Notes under the pieces: model-generated
What the model was told of the DNA's origin: nothing
Database searches by the model: none
The model's input: only the letters and a program-made list of their open reading frames with translations
Made by a program: the position numbers and the translations under genes
Assembly: GCA_907165135.1 (NCBI GenBank)
Contig: OU015567.1
Coordinates: 15,190,001-15,254,000, forward strand
Reading direction: 5' to 3'
Source: Oikopleura dioica
Taxonomy: Eukaryota; Animalia; Chordata
Length of the DNA: 64,000 nt
In this document: positions 1 to 12,300 of the stretch, piece by piece
Position numbering within the stretch: the stretch's first letter is position 1
Layout: each line of letters begins with the position of its first letter

Positions 1-223
1 TATTTGTCCTATTTCGATGAAAATGAAAAATCGAAAAAAATTGCGATTTTCACGCTAAGTACAATTTACATGCATTTTCCCGAACTTTGGGAGCGAAAAT
101 TTCGGGGATGCATTTATGTAAAGGGGTACTATCATATATCAAAATGATTCTCAGAACACGAGGAATCTTATCATTGGCAATAATGGCCGGTGCCAAAGTT
201 TTGAAAAATCGGGGGGTGATCCC
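1..223. mobile_element. Right end of a non-autonomous DNA transposon ending ...GGGGGGTGATCCC followed by TTAA (Kolobok/piggyBac-type target)
   Basis: Non-coding, low-complexity sequence ending gatccc|ttaa at 223-227; other end lies outside the window. Confidence 0.4.
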
Positions 224-239
224 TTAATAATCTGAAAAT

Positions 240-715
240 CTTTCTTCTCGAAAATTTCGAGTCGAAATCGTGCGGTTTAGAAGCAAGTTTAACCTGAGGA
301 TGCATTAACGCTTGAACGCATATTGCGCAGATTTCTGCGCCGTGCCCCTTTGAAGCTCGATATCTCGTACTTTTTTGACCAAAATTTTAAATGTACCCCC
401 ACTTTAGGAGCTCTTTTTCGATGAGGAATCCGAATCTTGCATTGAAAAAAAAAATTTGACTTCAGGATAAAAATTTGGCTTCAGAATGAAAATTTCCGAT
501 TTTTACGAATCATGTTTTTTAGGTTTTAAACAGTTCTGTATTCATCTTTCCGTCGATAAAAAATATTCTTTTCGACGTTTTATCGCATTTCTGCATCGAA
601 TTCAATATAAATTTTATTTGAAAAGTCATTTTTGGTGTTTTAGTTGCTCCCAAAGTTTCAAACTTGTATCTATTACAGGGAAAAAGTTGATTTTTTTGTG
701 CGTTATGCCTATAAA
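240..715. repeat. Interspersed repeat mosaic; 620-715 resembles the inner arm of the 19945-23701 element
   Basis: aaaaagttgatttttttgtgcgttatgccta (~683-712) matches ~23121-23149 and the reverse complement of ~20186-20216. Confidence 0.55.
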
Positions 716-777
716 TATCTTTTTTGAATGCTTGCATTTAAGATCAATGAAAAAGAAAAAAAAAGTTGACTGCTTAA

Positions 778-1222
778 AGCGAAAGCGAAGCGAAGGCGAA
801 AGGATCTTTCTCTCGGGGGCGAGAGGGAAAATTTCGCTTCGCTTTCGCTTCGCCTTCGCTTTGATGCGAATTTTCCAAGCGAATTTAAATGCCTGGTCAC
901 CCCTGATATCGAGTTTATTACTAACTTGGAATAATCTACAGTTAGACCCACCTTTCGGCCTATATTGACGAGCTGAAAAAAGTACAGTAACAGATTTTTT
1001 TGATATTTTCTGCCCCAAAAATAGGTTTTTGAAATCATCTTCGCTTTTGAGTGTCTGATTGCTAAAGATTCTTGCCAGAGAATGCGTTTCAATTCAAGCG
1101 AAAAAATTTTCGCTTTTTTTCGCAATTTTCAATGATATTTCGCTTCGCACATAGGCGAAAAATTCGCTTCGCTTTCGATTCGCAAAAAATTTGAAAAAAT
1201 GTTTCGCTTTCGCTTCGCTTTC
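778..1222. repeat. Palindromic (GCGAA/TTCGC)n composite repeat
   Basis: agcgaaagcgaagcgaaggcgaa ... ttcgcttcgctttcgcttcgccttcgct at 778-860; same motifs again at 1097-1222. Confidence 0.7.
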
Positions 1223-1503
1223 GCACTAGGATTTCGGCTGATATTAAGACCCCTGTTCCACTCATTTTCTCTCTCTCTTTAGACTTGCAGAATAAGTATT
1301 CTGTCAAACAGAGGGTGGTTATATTTGCTTTACTGAGTTATAAAATAAAGATAAGCATCTTCAAAGTATAAACTAATCGCATGATCTGGCAGTTTTGGTG
1401 GGAAAAATGTTCTCTGTAACCGGCGATTAATAACAAAAATGTTTAAATATTTGTTGGCTGATAATGACCAATAAACCCTCGCGCTACTTTTCTTCCATTG
1501 AGA

Positions 1504-2272
1504 ATGTCAGAGAAAAAGAAAAATGATCGCATAAATAGTTTGGAATGTCCACTTGGGGATTTTAGAACAGATATCACCGATGCCGACGTCGAAAGTCACT
1601 ACAAAAGATCAATCAAGACAAACAAATTAAACACTAATTGCGGAAACGAAACGAAACACAAGGTTTGTTGATTTGTTATTTATCGAAAAATCTTCTTCAT
1701 CAAATTAAGATTCGAGCATTAATGGATGCGCACTTTCATTTGAGTGAAACGAATAAAAAACAGGCACAGAAGATCAAGGGACTAGAAAAACAAGTGAATG
1801 AATTGAAAGAGAGTCTGTCGAAATTGATGAAAAATACTCACAGCGAATCCTGCTCAACGAAAACAGCGCATGTGGAGATGTCAAGCTATGAAGAACATAC
1901 CGGTAGTCAATTAGAGTCCACAGAGTCACCGGTACCAAGTGAGGAATCTTTTTCATCCATCGAATTCTCTGAACGACAGAAAACAACGGAAACGAATGAC
2001 TTCACGGAAGAAAGGATTGATTGCTTGTTTGGTTATATGGCAAAAATCTCCGAACAATATGAAATTTAAGGTTTCGAATTGCGAGCTTATCTATTTTTTG
2101 TTTATCTACTCTTATTTAGACAGAGAATCGAGACGCCTTTCAAACTATTCGTCAGAACCAGCGAGAAATGAACGAAGACATTCAAATGAATATCAGTCGC
2201 GTGAACAAGCTCTTTCCACAAGCATCATTTCCGAATTCTAAGACAAGACTTCACAGAAGAGATTCAATTTGA
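1504..2272 (+). CDS. Uncharacterised coiled-coil protein, about 3 exons
   Basis: MSEKKKNDRINSLECPLGDF..., gt..aag intron near 1660-1707, KQAQKIKGLEKQVNELKESL heptads, last exon ends RRDSI-stop. Confidence 0.6.
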
Positions 2273-2342
2273 ATGGACTTTAATAAAATACAATAATATA
2301 GAAAAGAAATCATTTACGAGTATGAAATTATAATCCAATTCT

Positions 2343-3828
2343 TCAAGGGTTATTCAAAAGTTTTTTTTTATAAAACCAAAATACAGTTTATTTTTTCTTC
2401 AAAAGTGATGGCGAAGCCAAAACAAGTCGCCCGATAAGAACATGCTTTGTAGCAGAATGCATCAGGTTCTCTTAAAATAGTAGTTCTTCTATTAGAAACA
2501 GAATCATTAGAACTTACATTTCGTTAACTGACGGAACAGGTACTTTTCTATAATCCAAATTTCCGATACCGTGATCCACATTTTCTTTTCCTGGACAAAC
2601 GAGCAATCCTAAAATCTCAGCTAAAATCTTTCGCACACCTTAAAGCTTGCCTTTATGATTGTTGTTAAACGGGGTCATCTGAGAAAGTCCTCTCGGGCAA
2701 AAACTTTTGAACTCACAAGCTTTCGGAGTTTCAAAAAGAAATGCTGAGAATCCATAAGGTTGGCGAGAGCAATCTCGCATTCTCTTCGCTCCGGTTGTTG
2801 CTGTTCCCGATCCATAGCCACAAAAAGAACAAGCTGATGATCCACGAGAATCAGAAAAGAAGCCCTTTGGACAAATGAATTCCTGTTCGTTTAGACAGTA
2901 ATGTCCCGTATCACATGGCTCGCAGATATTTTGCCTCCCTGGTCTTTTTTCTCCGGGATTGCAGACGCAATAGTGAGTCATGCCATCTTCAGTGGGATCT
3001 TTATCGATACAGTCTCGCCCATTGGAACATGCAATTTCTGGGTTTTCACATTCGTTTATGTTTTCACAGGATTCAGCATGAATTTCCTCGTTATATTTGT
3101 ATTCATATCCAAGTTTGCACTTGCAGATGTTTTCTTCTGAATCAAACTCCGCAAAATCCACACATCTTGTAGCACTTTCTTTTTTACACAGGTCAAAAAC
3201 CTGTCGAATTGATCATCTTCTTCTTCTCGGAAATGCGGATGGAATTCTGGCTGGCAAGAACACTGTCTTTCGTTGACTTGCTGCTGTTTTTCCTAACAGT
3301 GAAATATTTTTATTGAAAACAAGCCTTCGGTTCTTTATTCTCGTCCAGTTGAACAACGACGGTTGTTGCGCTAGAACGACAGCAAATTGTTGGCTCAGTG
3401 GTGTAATAATCAGTGGGATAAGTTTCATTTCCAACTGTCAGCGATTCAAAGAATGACGGAGTAAAACCAGGATTGCATAAACACTTTTCTTGTTTTCTCC
3501 GACTACATTTTTAAAAATTCGATTATCGAAAACATCCCTCATTTCCAGTTTTGAACGCTTTTGGATCTCGGCAAGTTAGACTTGCCCACCAATGTGTGGT
3601 GGAGATATCAGCTGCTGAGTTGGAAGAGGAAGTGTCATCATCAAATTCTTCGAAGTTAGGGTTTTCAGAATTTTGCCTTCTCACTTTCCTTGGACCATTG
3701 ACAAGAACATTCGAAATCAGCAAAATTGACCGTAACCACAGGGACATTCTCTTTCTCCGGCTGCTTCTTCCAGCCTTCACTTCATATATTCTTTTAGAAT
3801 ATTCTGACATGGCGGTCAAACAATACAC
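2343..3828 (-). CDS. Secreted or extracellular protein with Ca-binding EGF and GCC2/GCC3 (ephrin-receptor-like Cys-rich) repeats
   Basis: ENINECEN..C..G..C EGF pattern and CPKGFFSDSRGSSACSFCGYGSGTATTGA repeat in ORF 2640-3161; further spliced exons on both sides; start uncertain (3747 or 3828). Confidence 0.7.
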
Positions 3829-3933
3829 TTCCGAGTTGAAAAAATTTTTGTTGAATATTTTATGTTCTTTTCATTGTTTTGATATGAAGGTGTTCGGCAA
3901 GTTACATAGTAAATTCTCAGAATAGGAAATGAG

Positions 3934-6554
3934 CTAGGCGTTTACGTAAACAGTTATATCTTCGTAAGGCTTTCGCTGTTCGATGAAAATTTCTTCGCGA
4001 GCTGCTTCGACGAGACTTTGGTAGAAAACGCGGCAAGCATTTGTTTTTGTTCTTCGAGGGAGATTTCTTATGATTCCAAGAACAGATTTTCGTGGAACAT
4101 CAGGATCCTTAAAGCTTTAAAACACGTGCTCTTTCTATTTATTTTTCACCTTGAGAAGGTCACGTGCTTGCGCAGGAGTGATCAAATCGGCCGTTGATGG
4201 AGGATGAAGATGAGCAAAATCTGGAGGAGCGATTTGTTGAGGAACAGTGAATGGAGATTCGTTGAGTGAATTGAAATCAACAGTTTTAGGGGTTTGAATT
4301 GACATGTCGGGCGCTTTATTTGGATTTTCATCTTCTCCAGTAAATCTTCAATACTTTGGAAAAGAATTCAAGAATGCGCTGTTACCTTGGGTCGATTCGA
4401 ACTCTTTTCGAAGATGGGCATTTTGTCTTATCAAGTAGCGAATCCGCTAGAGTCTGCGGCTGTTCTGGCTCTCTGTGAACTTCTGCTTGTCTCTTTTTTC
4501 TTCAATTCAAAACATCACTTTATGAAAGCACAACGATAGTACCTTTTGTTAGGTTGTTCTTCGGATATCATGTTTCTTCTGAAAGTTTCTTCGAAATAAG
4601 GCGAGAGTAATTTGCTGCTGAGGAATGGAAAGTCGAAAAGTGTTTTTGGCCTGGAATATTTGTCTGGAACTTGAAACTCTGGCGCGAATTCCGGCTCATC
4701 TATCATCGGAGTTGGATCATTTCGGCCAGGATTATCTAAAAAGATTAACAGGGCTGTATAAGAAAACAAAAAATACCAGCAATAATTTCGTTGTCCAAAA
4801 TGAGCTTTGATTTTTTCTTCTTAATTTTCACCGTTTCTTCTGTTTCTTTCGGCGTCGACATCTGCGCATTCATCAACGAAGGCGTTTCCATCGGCCCCGG
4901 TGTCAGCAGCGAGCCAGGCGTATTGAGAATACTTTTTCCATCGGTTGTGCTCATCGTTATTTCAGAGTTCACATTTTTGTTCATAATCGACATTTCGGGA
5001 ACGGGCATATCGGGAGCGAGGAGTTCGGAGTTGTTGATGCCGCCATTTGTAGCGGTGCTGATAGCGCTTTGGTCTGCTCTTCTTCCATGCTCGTTTACGG
5101 ATATTACTGAGTACGAGTTTCCAAAAGAATTATCATAAATGAGATAATTTCAAAAAAATTTTTGCGGGTCCGGAAATCATAAAAAATCTGAAAGTGCAGT
5201 TTTCTTCAGCTCGTCGAGACGAGTCGAATGATGGGTCAAACTTTTGATGACTCTAATGATTAACCGGTTAGCCGGCAATTTCCCGGAAAATACATTTCCG
5301 GTCGCCGTTTTTGTTCTAGAAATGCTAGAATGACAAAAAAGCGGGAAACTGGTCCTTGAAGTTAGTTCTTCTGTGGGTGAAAAAATGAGAATCATATCTC
5401 TAACCATAAGATGCTTATCACCAAAATTCTATTTTCTTATGAAAATGGGACCGAAAATTAGGAAGGTGCAGCAACAACGAAATACATACAAAATTTAGAA
5501 TTTTTATCGTTAAAAAAAGTTTCGCTATATATTTGACCAATATCTTTTTGCCCACAGTAGAACTGACCATAAGGATCAGTTTCCGGGTTCATTCATTATC
5601 CTAGCATTTCTAGAACAAAAACGGCGACCGGAAACGTATTTTCCGGTAACCAGCCGGTTAACCGGTCAATCTTTGGAGTTATCAAGAGTTTGACCCACCA
5701 TTCGACTCGTCTCAACAAGCTGAAGAAAACTGCACTTTCAGAATTTTTACGATTTTCAGACCCGCAAAAATTTTTTTGAAATTATCTGAGTTACTGTTAG
5801 AAAAACTGTTCCTGTCATATTGTTAGAAAGCAGAGTTTGGTCTTCAATCGCGCTTTTACAAAGCTCCTCCATTTCTTTCATCAGCTCAGGGTCGTTAAAA
5901 TCCATTCCGTTCTTGAACGCGCTGGAAAGTTCCGCTTCTTCAAGGTCGATATTTCCAACGTTGAGAAATTCAGAGTCATCGCGAAGGGTGATTTGGTCCA
6001 TCCTCGCCTTATCAGAAAGTTAAAGATTCAATAGAAAAAATGGAGAAGCACCTTATTTTGATTGAAGAAAGCATTGTCGAATTTTATTTCTGGGAGCTCT
6101 TCGTCCATTCTTTCCAGTCCAAAGAGAGTCTGAGGGTCTTTCTTGGTCTTCTGTTTCTTTGACTTCTTTTCGGCCTCGTTTTGCAGACGAAGGGGAAATT
6201 TTAGTTGAGCATGGAATCTCTCACAATCTGTCAGAAAATATGTGACTCTAAAATTAAGGTAAAAACTGGCGAATTTTTTGTTAGTTTACTTTTTCTCGTG
6301 GACAACGACGGAGCCTTTCAAAAGAATCGCGGACTTGATCAATGGAACTTGGCTTTGGCTGCATAAACTGTCGATTATGCTCATCAAATCGACTGTAAAA
6401 CTGAGAGAGGTTGTTTGTTTTGAAGTTTACCTGTGAAAACTTTTGAATAAGTCAATTTCTTGCCCAGGCGAGTTCCATGAAGTGTCGCCGCTGTCCATAG
6501 CAAATTTAGGTCATCTCTCTTCCCGCTTCCTACATAAAGATCTGCGAGAACCAT
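3934..6554 (-). CDS. REC8: Rad21/Rec8-family kleisin (cohesin subunit), Rec8-like assignment tentative
   Basis: Spliced N-terminus LNLLWTAATLHGTRLGKKLT...AILLKGSVVVHEKKVTYFLTDC and C-terminal winged helix ACRVFYQSLVEAAREEIFIEQRKPYEDITV match the two Rad21_Rec8 domains. Confidence 0.85.
5142..5787. mobile_element. Foldback/MITE element with ~250-bp inverted arms inside the Rec8-like gene
   Basis: agataatttcaaaaaaatttttgcggg... (5142) is the reverse complement of ...cccgcaaaaatttttttgaaattatct (5787); arm homology continues ~250 bp. Confidence 0.85.
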
Positions 6555-8239
6555 TGCGGCGATTTTTATTAATTTGGTAAGCTTTGAAAATCCATCAGAA
6601 AATATCTTCTATTCTAGAAAAACTCGACCAAGATCAAACAGCTTTGATTTTCAAGAGATCGAAATCTTGAAATTTCTTTCTTCCTTGATTTCGTGATCAT
6701 TGATAACTACAGTGAGGAAAGACCAACTGAGTCGAACTTATCGACTTGAAACAAAGATGGGGATGTATGTATTGGGCAGTGTATAATATCTGGTGGCAGC
6801 TTTATGCATCAATTGAGGCGGATGAGCAGCGTTTATCAGACAGAAGCTAACCGGCATGCTGATTGAGCCGCCTTCAAAATCATCCAACACGATATCCTCC
6901 TAAGGCTCATTTTCTGTCAGACTCATTTTTTAAATCTCCATACAGTGGGATTGAACTTGGCTGAAGGTTGAAAATGTCTTTGAAACTGCACTGAGAAGAA
7001 TGCGCTGAAACATTGGTGTATGGTGTGGGACTAATCGATTTTGAGCGTAAAGATGCTCAAATCAATAAACCTTTTTGCCACTTAGATCTCCTTAATTATT
7101 TAAGAACATGAATTATCAAGTTGAATCTGTTACGCGGACGAAGCCGGTCCGTTTTACTACTCATAAACTGTTTCAAATAATGTTCAACAAGATGGTCTTT
7201 TATGGAGAATTGATCGTTGATTTATTGTTGGTTCATAAAGATTCTCTTCTATGATTTCAACCATTTTTTTTGACCAAAACTTTTTTATTGAAGAAAATAA
7301 AACTGACGATGCCCAGCGTCACAGAAATACAGTAAGATGCAGTGGCGATACAGTCGAATGTACTGGCCGTTTTCTTTGACACCGTGTCAATCCGCTTGGC
7401 GACAGTGGATCGTCATGGTGCCAAAAATTCAGAACCAGGATTTTTTTTATTTATCCGCTTTCAGGTTTTGTACCGTATTCTCCGTCTCTCTTTCTCTCTG
7501 CGGTTAATGTGGATAATCCAGAAAAGGATTAAGAGCTTTGGACAAAAAGGACACTGAATAAAAAAACGAACGATAGCAAACCTTTTATGGAAGGTCTTGG
7601 GCCAGAGCGCCCCCGCGCGCCATCTATGTTTATAGACTTTATCAAACAGAATTATCAATAATTTTTCTTAAATCGCGGAGGTTCGAAAGATAATTTGTTT
7701 TCGAGATTTTTAAATTTGAACCCAGTGAGGAAGCGATTCAATAAAGAGTCGATAAAGAGCACTTTTCATTTCAAATTTCGAATACAATGTAATTATCTTT
7801 TTTATCGTTCAAGAATCTTGAGTGAATATCAAATAAAACTTGCTTTTGAGTCTACTTTTGATCCTCTTTCTAAGTCAACCATGAAATATCATCGAGATTA
7901 TAATTTGTATTGACTGGTTAAACATATTCGCATGCATTACGAGAGTCCTGTTCCGTACCAGATATCGACATTACTTGTCAATAAAAAATCACTTGGCGGC
8001 AGAAATCTATCATTTATTTAAAAATACCTATCGTCTCCATATTTTTCTCGCTTCAATCTCAATTTTAACCTTGATTTTCTCGATATCTTGAGAAATGAAA
8101 TGAAATGAAGTTGGAAGTGCGTATTGGGCTTTCTCGGCGGGGGATCTTTGTTTTGGTTTCAGGCGAATTTGAGTTGTGTAATCAGTCAGATATTAAACCA
8201 AGGAGATATGTAAACGATCAATCAAAGAGCTTTTATGAA

Positions 8240-8700
8240 CACCTAAGCCTAAGCCTTACCCAAACAAGGCGGAAGTATGCATTGCATACTATGAACTGGT
8301 ACAGGACCAATGATTGTATTATTTGGCTAGAATTGGTATGACGCCCCTAAGCGGCAGGCACTGAAAATGTCATTAATGTCACGAATGTCACGAGTTGGCT
8401 GAAAATGTCACGAATTTCGAAAAATTGACTTCCATTATTTTTCATAACTCATTGTTTTGGCGGGGCCCAACTCTTGCTGCACGCAAAACTCAAAATTTTC
8501 GGCCCCTCTTACTGACGATGTCACGAAAAATGTGGTCAATTTCGTGACATTCGTGACATTTTCAGTGCCGTCGCCCTAAGCCTAAAGCCTAACCCAGAGG
8601 GCTACGGCCCCCGGGACTCCCCTAAAGCCTTATCCAGGGGCATTCCCCCGGGACCCGCTACTAGGTAATTCAAGCCCCTAACCCTAATTCCTAACCGAGA
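8240..8700. repeat. Telomere-like (CCTAAG/CCCTAA) GC-rich interspersed element
   Basis: cctaagcctaagcc and ccctaagcctaaagcctaacccagagggc...cccctaaccctaa; resembles the reverse complement of 45860-45940. Confidence 0.55.
8357..8569. mobile_element. MITE with GGCACTGAAAATGTCA terminal inverted repeats, nested in the telomere-like element
   Basis: ggcactgaaaatgtca ... tgacattttcagtgcc; subterminal atgtcacga repeats; no clear TSD. Confidence 0.75.
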
Positions 8701-9304
8701 AAAAGGTTTGATATCAGACCAATTCGAGCCTTATTATAGAAGAATTGGTCAGACCAATTTGGTCTGTAACAATTCTAATTGCAACCTTTCAAACAGGCTA
8801 GGCTTACCTATGCGGGATATAAATCAAGCGGTAAGTAATCAAATATTACAGTATATAATATAGTCGAGGGTCGTGATGGCTTGATCAGGATAAGAGCATT
8901 AATCGGTGACGACGAGTGCTGAATAATTTAAAAATTCCGGCTGCCGTTTTTATCAAAAATGCAATTTACAATTCGACTAAGAGATGCATCCACCTGAATA
9001 TTTTATAACTTTATTTCTAAGTAATGCGCTTTTTTGACGAAAAAAGTCTATCTTTTAAACTTTCGGCGGAGCATTCCATTCCATTGTAACCCTTTTAAAT
9101 AACGAATAATTACGGAAGCATTTCCCCTTGTACTTGTAATCCAGCGCTTTTTGAACTCAAGTATCTGAAGCTGTATTTGCTGACTCGCGGTCATTTTCTT
9201 TGAAGAAGCATCAATAGTTATTCTTAGCAGGAGTTTTTATTTGATTTATTTTTTGAAAACTGTAGAACTGTGGAACTGAAAACTGGCGAACTGTTCTTGA
9301 GGTT

Positions 9305-12300
9305 TCATTGGCTTTGGAAAGACGTTACATAAGTTACTGTACAGTACTGTATGGCTAAATACAGATCAGGAAACGACCCCGAGGGAAGGGCTTTTGCCCC
9401 TGTGAGGGTCACCGCGGGCGACACGCGAGCCGAACATTCTGAAATCATGGATGAGAAACCAAATTTTTTTGGAGACAACGAGGACTTTCTCTAGAACGGG
9501 TATTGTTTATATTTACCTATCGACTCTTCCCATTCCACGATTCATTCTTCGATTAAGTTCAGGTGATGCGTGCGGCTTGACTCGAGGATCTGAGGACTCC
9601 TTCACATTGATAAGCCTAAATTAAGGTTATTAGAGCTGATAAGACACCTGCTAAATAATGATATGCAGCATATGTATCTTATATCTATCACCATATCATA
9701 TGCTGCTTATATAGTGGGTTATTACTTTGTATCTTTTTGATTTCTCGGTCGGTGCGTTTGAGCCCGATACGATCGATATAAATTACAGAAGGCTTGGCGA
9801 ATATCATCATGAGATGAGTCCTTGTTTGATATCTCCGTAAATCCGCATTCTTTAAGAAAATTAAACAAAAGAAGAAAAAGTTTCTTTTCGAACCTAATTC
9901 TTGAGCTTTTTCTTTCGCAGTTTTCGTCGGTATCGAATCTTTGCTCCTTTTATCGGTGTGCGTTCCTACTAGAATGACGGGAGGGTTGAACCACTGGTCG
10001 GATTTGACTTGTTTCTCGCGGTCTTCGTTTGCGCTGCGGATTTTGTCCTTGAGTTTGTGTTTCAAAAACTCAAGTCGGGGCGGCGTGTGGTAATGGCTGA
10101 TTAATAGCCGGATTCTGGTCACTTCGTCGAAGCTTTTTGGGTCGTTGATGTCGAAGAGGATCATGAATGCATCGCCCCAACGGATTTTGTTTTCATACAA
10201 GTCGGACTTCTCCATATTGATCTAAAAAGAGCACAATTATTCGGAGAAAACGACCACCAAAAAGGTGTTTTTGAGATGGAAGAAATTGATAAATATCAAT
10301 TGCTCAGGATTCTCTAGAACGCGTGTTGCCCTGAGGGGTGTTTTCGCCTTTTTCGTCAGTTCACTTTTTGTCTACCTAAGGAAAGGAGCCAAAAAACCCT
10401 GTAATGGGAGAAGAAGCCGGAAGAAAATTCGCGCAAATCGCCGCCAAGTCCAAGGGCCCTGGACCCGGAAGATACCTTGTAATGAAACAGTAAGCATTGA
10501 ACCGGTTTTGACGGCGATTTTTAGCTTCCCTCCACCTGCGGCAAGGAAGGCCACGATATTAGCCAGAAGAAAGCTGCTTCTTATTCTTTTGGCAAGTATC
10601 TTGGATCATCCTTTATTAACAAAGTAAGTTCTTAGTCATTTTATTTCATAAATTCCATTTTTAACACACACAAGATTTATGACTTTTTTCCTCAATTTAC
10701 TAATTAAAAAAGTCGAATTCTTTTTATTTATGGCCTTATTCAAAGCGCCAAAGTGTAATATAAAAATATGAGTAAAATTGACGTAAAACTCTTTCAGGTG
10801 TGCAGTCCGGGACCAATCTACCGAGTGGACCCCCAGCTGACCCGACACGGCAAGGACGGAACCGCGCGATACACGCAGCAGGGCCGCCACGCCGAAATTT
10901 CCGTTTTCAACACTCCCGGACCAGGACGCTATCATAATGAAAATTGCCATCCTCAGGGAGAGCGAAATGCCCCCAAGTACTCCATGGGATCTCGAACGAG
11001 GTAAAAATCCTGAAAAACAAACAAAACTAGAATTCGCGTTCTAGAGAAACTTGAAATTTTGAATTTTTTTCCAATAAATCAAATCCCCTTTTTAGATACC
11101 GAAAGAGCGACAACTATCCGTCGGCGAACCATTACAATCTGCCGTCGTTGATGGGACCCAAGATCCCCAACATGGCTGCTTCTTCAGCCTTTACGATGAA
11201 ATCCCGACGACAGATCGGGTCCTTTACTCAGGATCTGTCCAAGACCCCTGGTCCCGCCCGATACGAGTAAGCCCCTCCTCCCTTCTTCCTCTTTACTAAC
11301 AATTCCTTTCAGCATTGTTCCCCAGGACCGATACTCCCAGCGACCACCCCAGTTCTCCATGCTCGCCCGACGATTCGTCCCCGGTGACAAGACTAACAAG
11401 CCCGGCCCTGGCAAGTACTACCCAGAAAATGTTAAAATCAACAAGAAGTCGGTACCCATGTACTCGATGGGCATCAGACACTCTGAATACATCGCTCCAC
11501 TCATTGAGGGTCAAGAAGCCAATGAATAAAAATTCTGTAATGAATTTGAGAATAAATGATAAATTTATTAGTATTACCAAAACCGTGTCTTTTATTATTG
11601 AGTGGTTGAGAGAGCAGTAGGCAATCTGTGTAAAAACCTGTGTCAAGGGACCCTGACTCAGGGCCCTGAAAGCTTGGCTCGGCAACCTGTGCCTGGGGTC
11701 GGTCTGTAGGTCCTGTGTAGAAACCTGAGTCAGGGCCCACGCGGCTCTTTCAGGCTGGGCTCGGCAACTCGTGTAGAAAACCTGAGTCAGGGTCTGAGAG
11801 AGCTGAAACGAAAAGCCGCGCTAGAATTTTTCATAGATTGTGATGGTAGTATTCGCGAAGCCGCTACGCGGCTTCGTTTTTAAAAGCCGCTGCGCGGCTT
11901 TTCGTTTCAGCTCTTTCAGACCCTGACTCAGGTTTTCTACACAGGTTGCCGAGCCGAGCCTGAAAGAGCCGCGTGGACGCTGACTCAGGTTTCTACACAG
12001 GTTTTCGGGCCATGGTAGTGGTAAGTTTTTGAGTAGTAGTCCTTTGATTTAGGGAGTAGTTCAAGAGCATAATTACTTGGCGTTAAAAATGTTATCGAGC
12101 CCGGGGCTGGGCGATAAATATTCGAGACTGTTCTCTCATTTCCTAAATGACATTCGTGTCTCCGGTGTTTCTCCAGAGTGCACTAACATGTGGCAGACGG
12201 ATTACTGTATGCACAATATGCTGATTGGGCTTCTTACCTCGTAAGATGTATCCAAAATGTCGAAATAGGCGATTTCGTTGTCCACATATGTGAAGTGATT

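Noticed and set aside
486-1307. Several overlapping 70-160 aa ORFs
   Set aside because: They lie in palindromic or low-complexity repeats; no domain features
9350-9440. GC-rich stretch that looked like a structured ncRNA (SRP-like)
   Set aside because: No conserved SRP motif; explained as minus-strand C-terminal coding sequence of the GTPase
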